DNA from: Pavona decussata
Lineage: Eukaryota
Reading direction: 5' to 3'
Length of the DNA: 64,000 nucleotides
NCBI GenBank assembly: GCA_977016875.1
Contig: CDRNST010000144.1
Span: 4,588,001 to 4,652,000 of the forward strand
Shown here one piece after another: positions 1 through 11,100 of the stretch (position 1 is the stretch's first letter; the number at the start of each line of letters is the position of its first letter). A program made the position numbers and the translations under genes. The notes beneath the pieces are model-generated. The model had not been told where the DNA came from. It searched no databases and saw nothing but the letters and a program-made list of their open reading frames with translations.

Positions 1-1936
1 TGACTAGACCGTCAGTTCGTAAACGGAATATGTCATTTTTAAGGATAAGTTTTATTCTAGTCCTTCGAATTTCTTCAAAATAGCGCGTACCATTTTCTAA
101 GTGATTATTTTTCAAGATTTTGCAGAACCATCCCTTTAAAAGGACACATTCGATTTCCAGACTGGCTGGCCAGTTCTGAAAAATGGGAAGCGTCGCAAGA
201 AACATGTCCATCGCAATTCCATGTGCTAGTTCGCTCTAGTTTTTTTTTTTATTACGTTCTCCATACGTGAAAGGAATGTAATTAACGTTGGACTAAGATG
301 CGTTCCCTGCTGCGTCGCTTGAATGAGGGTGCCAACAGAAGGTAATTAATTTTTGGAGGACGAGAAAACTTATTGAACTCTCAAACTTTAAAACCGTAAA
401 CACAGCCTTCGTACAGTGATGAAAAATAATAAATATAAAAGTGTAGCATTTTTCTCCATGTTACTGACGAGATAAACCACTTCTTGAGCAATATTAATTT
501 GGCGAACATAGAAACTAGTCATTTCAAGTGGCCATAAGACATGATGAATTTCAGCGCATGCATAATTAAAAAGATTGAAAGCTGTGGATTAAACTACATC
601 GTAATTAGCTATTTCTCAATTCTTATTCCCGTTGGAAATCCACAGGCCTGTTAAAACCTTTATGAAAATTGAGTTTAAGCTTAAAAGCAGAAGACGCGAA
701 GTTTTAGTGACAGGAACGAAACCTTGAGATGACTATCGTAAATAAATAATTTCTTTTACCATTTCTAACATTACTGACGAACCTAAGGCTGTCTGAGTCA
801 ATAAAATGAATGTTTCATTGAATGTTTTCAGTTTAATCACAAGGCTAGCGGGCACACATGGTATCTAGGTTTTTTCTTTTGATCAAAAAACTAATTTATC
901 CAAGAAGATGTAAATTTTCAAGAGCAATATATTTATGAAGTCTCTTTTATTGTCTTCGAGGGGAGTTTATATTATTGTTTTCATTTTGGTACCCGTGTCT
1001 ATAGCTTGTGGCAAGAAATCTTTCTTATTTTCTACTCTCGTTGAAAGACCTTTTTGTCATTTCATAATGGAAGGCAATTACCATGTCGCTCAAAACCAAA
1101 TTACTTTCAAAGGGTAGAACTTTCCCCGCCTTTGATCTCTCAAATATTAATTACATCCTGCAAAAAAGTATTTCTTTGCCAAGTTGCAGAAAATTTCCAA
1201 TTTCGCTGAAGACAAACGCACATTGATTCAGAACTACAATGTAAACAAGCACATATAAATTACAAGCATCGACTTGCTAACGCTAATTATGAGCTTTTTT
1301 TTCAGTAACTGAAAGAGTGTTTTCAGAAAAACGTAAAAAGGGAGCCATTAGCGAAATAAAACAAAACTTATAATGGTAATTGCTTTAAAGAATTTGCATG
1401 CAAACTAGGAACAGATGGCCAATTAGCCACTATTCTTTCCTATATTGCGAGATTAATCTCAAAACTGCAGTTTTTTTCTGATTTAAAAAACCACACGAAA
1501 GGCGCCTTTTAAAGGTCTTGTGCGGCCATGTGCGAATGTTGATTCCTTAAGTGCGATATCGCTCTCATCCACCTCTGATATCGCCCAGCAGGGCATATAT
1601 ATTTTAGACAGGAACGCGTGCTTGGTTAACCCTTTCTCTTCCAACTCGCTTACCGCGTTTGATAATTGCTGTTATTTTTATTTTCCTTTACATGGATACC
1701 TGTTTTATTTAGCCTATCTCGGCCAATAGAATAGCGTGCGTCATTAGGGATAATTACCTCGCGGAATAACAGTGTTTTTGTTATTACGCCGCCAGAAATC
1801 ATTAGTGGAGAACGAGACATGATGAAATACCGAGGAACAATGAATTTCGATATCATTGCTGGTTGAGAGTTGTCGTGTTCGAACTGTGCTCGGTCTAGCG
1901 ACTTGCTTGAGGCTCCAGAGACGCAAAGCGGCCATT

Positions 1937-1940
1937 ATGG
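1937..1940 (+). CDS. LMO1/3: LMO exon 1, coding part (ATG G|gtaggt)
   Basis: The phase-1 donor matches the phase-1 acceptor at 2259, giving MASKSKEL. Confidence 0.6.
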
Positions 1941-4862
1941 GTAGGTAAACATGAGAAATTTGGCCAGATTTTAAAACTAAACGCTGGCTTGTTCTGTACA
2001 CATGGCGAAAATCGCATCAGGAAACAAATTAAAAAAACACGAGGCAATTTATTCGACGCTGAACTCGATCGACGTCAGTGAAGGATCACGAAATTAGGAT
2101 AGGCTTAAATGTATTTTATCAGACGTTAATTTTAATCTAAGCAATGCTAACTAAGAATACGACCGTCATTTGAACTCAATCTCGACCGTCTCGCCGAGTC
2201 TGTTTATTGCTAATCCAAGCCTATAATTTTGTCTGCATTTCAATTACTCTTCTTCCAGCCTCAAAAAGCAAGGAGCTCGTAAAGGAAACACAACACAAAC
2301 ATCGATGCAGTGGTTGTAAGCTGCCCATAACTGATCGCTACTTGCTCGAAGCTTTGGGAATGTACTGGCACGAGGGGTGTCTAAAGTGCAACTGCTGTGA
2401 ATGTAAACTTGGGGATATCGGCTCAACGCTGTACAGTAAAGCGAATCTCATTCTATGCAAAAGGGACTACCTCAGGTTAGTAGAATTAATGTTTGGTTTT
2501 TTCTTAAAGCGCCAAGCTTTCTATGTTTTCATTTAAGATAAATTAAGAAAAGGCTGACCAACAGCATTTTGAACGGTCAAAATAAATAATCCAACAACTC
2601 AGTAGAACCACCTTCTACAGGATAATTTAAGTACCGGCAGAGAAAGGTACTGGTCCATACTGAGCTTTTATTTGGATCGTCACAAGCCTTGAGATTTCAT
2701 GCACGGAATTAACAGTAAAAACCAGCTTGCACAGCACAATAAACAGAGATATAGAAGCGTTCTGCGCAGAGCTTTCAAATGAATGACCTTAGAGGTCAAA
2801 ATTGCGCAACGCGGTGAATTAAGATTTGACTTTCAGAGATCTTTTTCAACCTTGGGAAAGTTAAAGTAATGGTATTTGCTTGACCTGTTAGAGCCACCAA
2901 CAAAGCTCGTCATTTTTTATTCCAAACCATCTTCTTGAAGTTTAAAAATGTACAAAATCATTGCATTTCCTTCCTTGAATTTCAAAATACATCGAACGCG
3001 ATTTCAGGAAAGATATTACTCATTCAAAGTCCCATATAGTAAATGCGGAAATTCATTTCCGCAATATTAGAATAACAATTATACTCGTCAGTGCTAGCCA
3101 AATGGAGTCGCAAAGTGGGGACGGATAACTGGTACAACAAGTACTGTGTGTTTTCTTTTTGCTTCGTTCTGACTTCGTTGAATTTTTCATGGCATGCGAA
3201 GACTACCCACGCCGACCCGGCTACCGCCAGTTTCTACAAACTGACGTCAGCGAAAGAATGATCGTGTTTCGCGCCAGTTTGGCGTGTATCCTCTTGTTGA
3301 AAATAAACTGCGTCATGGTATTGTCAAATGATAACAGAAAATTATCACCAATACGAAGAAAAACACAACGCCATACTGACGTCAATTTATCAGTTTTGAA
3401 CACAAAATGAAAGCCCACAATGCCGTCAAATGGAATTTTCACAAGGGAGAGAAAGCGAGGTAGCCATGTGACGGTACTCGAATTTTATTTGAATCTAATT
3501 ACAATCGAACCACGCAAACTCGAACTAGCCGCAAGGGAAACCAAAACTAGTTCGCGTTACTGGGGGGTTCGACTATCGTCTTAGAGGGGCTGGTGTTGAA
3601 TTTCAAGTATCCTGTTAATAACTAATAAAATACGATGGTTTAATTATTTTTTCACAATCACAAGTCACTTTGGTGCAATGAGTTTGTTTTATTTGAGCGT
3701 TTTGATAAGAACGTTTAGTTTGGGGATTTTAGCCAAAATTTTAAGAACATAATTAAGGACAAAACAAATGTCGAGATCGCCTTTTCCAGACATTACACAC
3801 GCTACCATTAAATATTAAAGCTTTCAACAAGTCAGTCAGCTATGTTCGGACATTTTGAAGTTTCAAGACCGACGTTTTTACAATAGATAATAGTTTGCTT
3901 ACTGCTATAAACAATGAAGAAGTGGGCGCGACAGACTGTTCATAGCCCCTTTTTTCCGTGGAATTTTCGACACTCGTACGCTTCGATCAAACTTCCGCCA
4001 TCTTGGCTTGTAACGGCGGGCGGAAACGGGGAGAGTTACCTTGACGACGGCCCCCTCGGTAGTTTAGAGACTCTCTCCAGGTTGCGCTCGTCGTTACAAA
4101 CGGAGATGACGGCCGTTCGATCGAGGCGTCCTAGTCTCCAAAATCCCACGGAAAATAGGAGACTGTGAACAGTCTATGGGCGCGGAAAATTTGCTCGTAA
4201 TTCTAAAAAGTCGATTTTTGATGTTAGCTCTCAGGCAGTCAAACAGCGGAAATACACACATTTGAGTTGATTCACATGCACAGTGATGTGATTGGCAGAA
4301 GAAGTTACTATGGACTAATAACCTGTACTCTGAGAACCAAAATCCAGCCTGACAATTTTGTTATCAGCCAAAATTAGCCCCTAACTACTCAACAAGTTTT
4401 TTAAAACCAGCGATTGTGGTGTCTCTTTTAGATAATGATGGAGTATGGCTAATCTGGGCGCCATTATCTGCCAGGTTTTGAAAACTTTTAGGCGAATCAG
4501 CAAAATACGATTGGACGTCTTCGGTTGTTCTTTGGTAATCTTTCAAAAGCTCGGGTTAGAAACCTAGTGGTCGTTTCGCCGGTGGAAATCATTGCAAACC
4601 GTGTGACAAGTTTGCATTCGCAAGCACTGAGCCTCGTAATGTGCTTTCAATGTTTGAGAATTGGAATCACATTCGAAGCTGTAACCACGAAATATTCGAG
4701 TAACGAGGGCAAGGACTGCGTCACAAGGTCGAAGAGGATCTGCGTAGGATGCTAAATAAGAAATTTGAAATTTAACACATTTACTCAAAGTTATTCATCA
4801 CCACGGGTTCATTACTAATTCGCAATAAGACCACGTCCAAGTTTGCTTGATAGCTTAGCTGG

Positions 4863-4909
<47 letters not shown>

Positions 4910-5305
4910 CAAGCCTGAATCTTTTTCAAACTTTCTTTTCGCAGCTGCCTAAGTTGCGCACATAACTGCGATAGTCTTAGTCTAACTGGGAACGACTTTA
5001 CAAGCTTCTCAGTGTCGTGGACTTTGTTGATGTTATAAATTAACCTTTTCTTCTTTTTTTCATTTCTTGGCAGATTATTTGGCATTCCCGGTGTTTGTGC
5101 TGCATGTAACAAGCCAATAGCCGCTTTTGAATTCGTAATGAGAGCCGCGAAAAACGCCTACCACATTGAATGCTTCTGCTGTCAGATCTGTAGACAGAGG
5201 TTCAGAGTTGGAGAGAACTTTCATTTCTACAACAACAAAGTACTTTGTTCGGAGCATTATAGAAGCGAGAAGGAAGGAGACAAGCCTAAAGAAGAATCAA
5301 AATAG
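1937..5305 (+). CDS. LMO1/3: LIM domain only protein (rhombotin/Beadex, LMO1/3-like), 150 aa; join(1937..1940,2259..2475,5074..5305)
   Basis: Two tandem LIM domains and nothing else (CSGC..[68 protein letters not shown]..LCSEH). Phases 1 and 2 match across GT-AG introns; 453 nt total. Confidence 0.93.
2259..2475 (+). CDS. LMO1/3: LMO exon 2 (LIM1)
   Basis: Acceptor ctcttcttccag, donor AG|gttagt; lies within ORF 2207..2536. Confidence 0.95.
3932..4176. mobile_element. MITE with (t/c)agactgttca TIRs and 8-9 bp TSD
   Basis: Ends cagactgttcatagccc / gactgtgaacagtcta; flanks tgggcgcga (3923) and tgggcgcgg (4177). Confidence 0.8.
4790..4972 (+). mobile_element. tRNA-derived SINE-like repeat (tRNA-like core ~4845-4915)
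   Basis: A box tagcttagctgg, B box ggttcgaatcc, acceptor-like stem gcttga/tcaagc, non-canonical anticodon loop. Confidence 0.75.
5074..5305 (+). CDS. LMO1/3: LMO exon 3 (LIM2, stop)
   Basis: Acceptor tttcttggcag; reads LFGIPGVCAAC...KPKEESK*, TAG at 5303-5305. Confidence 0.95.
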
Positions 5306-6085
5306 GACTTACTCAGACGAAAAGAAATCGGTTTGATCTTTGGAACGCCTTTCTCTAATGATGACCAAGCAACATTTGTGGTTATATGAGGAAGGATCTT
5401 CGTTTGCATTGCCTCTTCTTTATTTTAACATAAATGTATCTACCCGTCTAGCATAAAGGTAATAATTTGAATAATACTGTCGAAACGTAATAACTGATAT
5501 ATTAGGAGAGGAATTCGTTGAAAATTGAATGAGAGGAATCCTTTTTCCAAAACATCAGCGTATCTTTGAGCGCGCTAAACGTTTTTTCGGCGCGTTTGTG
5601 GAAACGATTTTTTGGTGAATGCACTCAAAACCTATGTTGTTCTCATTGCTAAGCAAGTAAAAATATTCTACAAAAATCATATAAACACCTTCTACTTAGA
5701 GAGCTGTGCATTAAAACGTTCTCTTAAGGCTTCACCTTTTGAACACATTTTGTGTTACAGAGAGATTTTCGTTTCATTTTAAACCTCTCGTGGTTATTAT
5801 TTACGATAAAAAAAAAAAAAAACAAGGTAGGGAAATATATATATATCAGAATTCAATATTTCGAAAGGCGCAGCCTTTCTTTTACGGTCATTACGGATAA
5901 TGACTCTAAACGGAAACGACGTTACAATCTAAAGTTGGGGGACAGAAAATGGCTAAAGTTATAACGTATAATAAAAGAAAAGAAAAACGTTACATTTTCA
6001 AAGTTCAAATTGTAACAGTTGTAATCAGGATTTAGGAACCAAAATGGCGCGAAACGTACATATTCAGTTTAAAAGCTCGCGGGTT

Positions 6086-6810
6086 GCTATGTTTACACTA
6101 TGCCTGACCTTTTTGGAACCGATACTAGAACCATACCGGACAGGCGTGTTTTCACAAATGACACGCTGATTTAGCACCAAAGTGCCGCGCGCAGTTCCGC
6201 TTCAGTAGAGAATTTAGGTAAACACGACGCCGACGGCAACGGAAACCAGTCAATAAAGAAAAGGCTTAATGAGCTAAACAATGCTGTGCACGTGCATTAC
6301 AAATTTTGATACATTTCGTCGCCATCTTCGGCCAAAAAACAACGGGAAATGCCCAAATTCAAGGTTTTATGGAGAACTTGAGCACATGACAGTAAATTTT
6401 CATTCTCTGTGTTAACTTGAACATCGTTCCCACCAGTTCTGTTACTGGATAGTTCGGCCACATTGTAGAAGTTGAACGAATTGGAATAAGCGCAAAGTAG
6501 TACAAGTAACACGAACTTTTATTTTCAAGTGACGTTTTCGTCGGCTTTGCCGTCGTGGTTGCGTAGTCCCCAGTATTGAAAGAAAAACACTTCGTAGCGG
6601 ATAGGTTTTCGCGGCGCTTCGAGCGTAATGTGCACAGGTAAGCGAATAGGCAAGCTATTGTTGTACAAAGTCTCTTGCGGATTTGCCGCGGCAGGAAAGT
6701 TATCCAGTTTAGCGTGAACAACTGTGCACTGCTTTTAGACGTTCAGATATACCGGAACGATTTCCGCGCTGACCAAAAAAATGTTGATTCTGGATAGTGT
6801 GAACACAGTC
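6086..6810. mobile_element. Degenerate MITE (Harbinger-like termini) containing a nested second element at ~6208-6570
   Basis: Outer TIR gctatgtttacactat / atagtgtgaacacagt; inner ends aacacgacgccgacggcaa / ttgccgtcgtggtt. Confidence 0.6.
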
Positions 6811-7257
6811 ATACTCTTGTAATTTTACGCACTCCATTCCTATAATCTTAAGGTCCAGTTTTAGAATGCCTTGCTTTACTTTAATGAACAATGTATAGGG
6901 CATTCCTTGGCGAGATCATAAATTTTGTAGCGTACAATTGTAATAAAAAATCCGATAGAATAACACTAACTAAATAATATAAAATGAAAAGCAGTAAAGA
7001 TATTATTATGCGTTATAGAGTTTAAATAAAAGCAACGTAATGAAAACAATGAAGTTTCAACTATGCGACCTCCATTAGTCTATTAGCCTACAGTAAAAAA
7101 TATATCATAAGTGACCAATTAAAATGAAACAAAGTTCCTCGTGTTACGCGAGGCTACACAAAGAGTCTCTCACACACTTTCTGGGGCCCCTTTGACAGGC
7201 GAAAGAATCTTTTGACCTCCACTAACGAAACCGTAGAAGCTAGGAAACTTCTCTTAA

Positions 7258-7540
7258 GGGTGTTGCCTACTAATGCTGAAGTATTTTTGTGTGGTTTATG
7301 ACTATGCGGGAAAAGTAGGTCTTTGCAAGGGCTATTGGAACCCAAAAAGAAAATTGTGGGTAACTATGAATTTTTTAGAGATAATTAAGCCACAATTATT
7401 CTGAAAAGCCGTAAAATACAAGCAATGTATGGCGTTTTTCTTCCAAATTGAAGCTTTATTATCTCTGAAAAATGCATGGGTACCCCCAATTTTCTTTTTG
7501 GATACCAATGGCACTTACTAAATTCTGCTTTCTCCGCATT

Positions 7541-7571
<31 letters not shown>

Positions 7572-7650
7572 CGTAGGCACCACCCATAGGAAACTCGAGT
7601 ATCTCGAGATGCTCAGAACGTATGCGCAGCAACAAAGGTAGGCACCGTCC
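7258..7650. mobile_element. TTAA-flanked non-autonomous DNA transposon (Kolobok-like); related fragment at ~25865-25945
   Basis: ttaa|gggtgttgcctac ... gtaggcaccgtcc|ttaa; the internal ggaa(c/t)ccaaaaagaaaattg motif recurs at 25875. Confidence 0.65.
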
Positions 7651-7966
7651 TTAATCAGACACCAATTTGTAATGGAAGTTTTATTTAAATGTATCTATGA
7701 GTGTGATAGTGAACACAGCCCTGATGAACTTTCCCCGGGTCAGTGGGTCAGTGGGAAGAAAGAACAATCTTCAGCTAAACACAGAATTAACCCTCAACAT
7801 TAGCCTAAGATTGTCCACCTACTGTAAACTTAAAAAAGCTTGTGCTGTAGTGCGAAAGATTGCAGTTGCTGCCCTGGCTGCTACACTACTGTACCAGCGG
7901 GAAGAAAAGAAGGGCTGATTATTCTCCTTTGTGTTGAAGCATGTTTCTGGGACATTAAACACTTAC

Positions 7967-8104
7967 GTTCGCATTGCCCATCAGCGCTGAGTTCCTGTCC
8001 TGGCGGACACTTCGTTATACTGGTGCACTTGTAAGAACCTTCATTATTCACGCACTTCGTTCCCTGAGGACAGGAATGCCGACCAGCGGAACATTCATCC
8101 AAAT
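7967..8104 (-). CDS. FBLN1/2: Fibulin-like exon 8 (cbEGF)
   Basis: DLDECSAGRHSCPQGTKCVNNEGSYKCTSITKCPPGQELSADGQCE, donor gtaagt; read-through would stop at 7881. Confidence 0.9.
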
Positions 8105-11100
8105 CTGCGCATTTTGAAACACATAACTTCAATAAAGCAATGTGGCAATGACACTAACCACTATCGGGATAGCTTCGGTCCTGAACGACTGACCAAAATG
8201 AGCTAAACTGTCAAGGATCTAACAATTTCAAAGGTAGCCGTAAGGGTGGAAATACTACTTTTTTTTACCGTCAAATCCCATTGACCCTTTTCAGTCTGGG
8301 TGTTGATGGTTGATGGTTTTGGGAGGAGAGGAGGGGGCAGGAAGTTTGTTCTGACTTCAAAAGTTTGAAAGCCACCAAAATACATACCAAAACTTTATCT
8401 GGCAGCAATCTGTTATGACATTTTACTGATCACCTGGCTGTTTTTTTTTTTTTTACAGTAATGTTTTCGAAACTTTGATTGATATTTTTTTTATATCATT
8501 TCGGCGTTTCTTTATTGGCTTTGATTACCTTTGAGTCATTTGTTGAGTCATTGTTTTATGAGAACTTTGAGGAATCAAGAAGGCAGCTGTTGATGAATAA
8601 CGACGGACGTAACTCTTACGTCATTCGATTTCGCCGTCCTATTTTACGAATCTAAGAAGAAAAACGTACTATACAGTCATCAGTTTCGTTGCAAATATAT
8701 TTAATGCACTTGACGTTGCAGAGGTGAGCGGAAGCTGTCCTCCCACCCCTTTCCCCCAGGCACAGGCACTCGCTAAAAGCCAAGGGCGAACAGGGTTAAA
8801 ACTTTCTCAAAATGGTTTAAAAAATTCGTTCGTCGATCCTAAGTGGCCGAAACTTGACAGGGTTTCTATAGCATTATGCAAACTAGGAGTGTTACTACTA
8901 CTCCCTTGGATGGGATACTAGTCTATTGCAGGGTTACCCCCAGCAGTATGTCGCCAGTACCCATTTATACACCTGGGTGAAGACAGACAATGCGGAGCAA
9001 ATTTTCTTGTCTGACAAAACATCACGACAGTACAGGGACCTAGCCTCGAACCAACGAACCCCCGATCTTCAGACCAAAAGTCCGTTGAAAGACGAAGGAA
9101 ATGACTGAAATTAGGAGCGAAGCAGGTAATTCGCTCCTGTTGAAGGACAACAATGGTAAATAAAGCTTCATAAATTGTGAGGAGAAAGCCATAGGCGATC
9201 GAAAATCCCAGTAATGCAAATGTCAGATCAATAGATGACCAAGGTTTCTGTTTGTCTTGTTTGAGGCGTTTCACCGTTATTTTTTGAGAAATCTAACAAC
9301 ATCGTGGAGAGGGAGCGGGGAGAGCAAAGCTCCTAACTGCCTCTAACTATAGAGGTTCCGTCCTTGGTGAGCCACAGCTATCTGATTTGATTCGTTCCAC
9401 TGGACAACAATTTTATCTTCACTTCCCATGCTAATACTTAAGTGCACATGTCAGGGTCTAAGATACGTATTTTTGTTTACAGTTAAAATCAACATATAGG
9501 AATCAAAGCCGCAAAAATGAATCCAAATTAAACTTGACGCGTAACCAGGAACAGCTAAGTTCTGCTTTGATGAACCTGACCCAGCTCTATAGAGCAATGG
9601 CTTCTCTGTTGTCTAATAATACCCTTCATGGTGTGTTCTAAAAAAAAGACAATCAATGGTATTTGTAGTCTGTAGGCTTCAAGGAAGTTTCTTTACTGCC
9701 ACGAGCGAATAACAGAAATTCTTAAGTTTCAGGAATTCTTACCCTCGCATGTGTTATTCTGTAATGTCCGTCCACTGTCACATTCGCAGCGATACGATCC
9801 ATCAGTGTTGACACAGGTGGAGTACTGTGGGCATTGGGCTTCCCGTGTCCTGCATTCATCTTTGTCTGATGGTTAAGAGAACAAAAAAAAAGTATAATCA
9901 CTCATTATTATATAAATGAAATATATTATTGCCTGCTGTACATGTCCTGCATAGTATGTAGACGTCATGTGTGCTTCTTGGGCGCTTCCTTTATGCCCTG
10001 TAGTTCGTGTGCGTATCATGTGCACCCCTTGTGTGCTTCATATGCCATTGGTTAGATGTTTGTGGGAACCTGTGAGAGGTTCGTGTGCGCTTCGTCTGAG
10101 GTTCGTTTGCGTTTCAAGTCGGCTCTCGTTAAAGCTTCCTGTGAACGTTGCGTGTCTTTTCCGTTAGCTTTGTGTGTACCTCGTTTTGAGAGCTACATCT
10201 GCTCCATGTGAGGTTTATGTGGGTTCTATGTGAGCTCAGGGAACGCTAGCTACCTTCGTGTACATTTGTTTCTACTTTCTATGTACTGCGTAGGTTAGCG
10301 TGCTTCATATGCGCATGGTGTGAGTCTGGTTTCTGCTTCGTACTCGGCTCGCGTGTGTTTCGTGTTAATTAATGTGCATTTTAAGTTACAAGCTTCGCTC
10401 GAGTTTTAATGGTTTCCACGATTACAGATACACCAGCTGTGATACAGGACGATCGACAAACAAAACAATCTTGTAGTTAACTTCCTTCTGATTCTATACT
10501 GACCGTAACAAGAACTTCCAGAAGCTTCGTAGCCCCTGCTGCAGACACAACTATAAGATCCATCATTGTTTACGCATGTCTGTTGGCGACCGCATCGGTG
10601 AAGTCCCCGGACGCATTCATCGACATCTGTCAATCAGAAAACCAGATCCTTATCTTCAGTGTCACGTGATCTCTCACGAACGTTAGGATTGGTGCTTTTC
10701 ATGCATAAAGATGCCAGATATAAAATGGACGAGACCATTGCATATTGTACAGAGTCGCGTTGAGTTTGTTTCACATGCATAATTTGGAACGTATCGTAAA
10801 GTATTGAATCATGGGTTCCGGGTGAAAGCGAGAGATATTTAAAATGGCGTTTATGTATCTTATAACACAAGGGCATATTTTTGTACCAGAACTACATCGT
10901 AAAACAGAAAATTTCTCTAGTTATCCAAGAGATGATGTATGTCTTCTCAATAGTGGCTAAAACTCTTGGTTTCTGTAGGCGCAAAGGTCTTTTTTGCCAC
11001 GACAACCTTGTCAATAGATAAAACTAAAAGTCGTCAAATTAAAGCTACGGGACACCTACCTATACATCTGCCGCCCTGTTCCTCTTCCCCCAGTCTGCAC

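Noticed and set aside
4845-4915. Functional tRNA gene
   Set aside because: Irregular anticodon arm and embedded in repeat-like flanks; treated as tRNA-derived repeat.
6359-6721. 120-aa minus-strand ORF as fibulin terminal exon
   Set aside because: Spans nested MITE sequence, has no FC-like features and no suitable acceptor.
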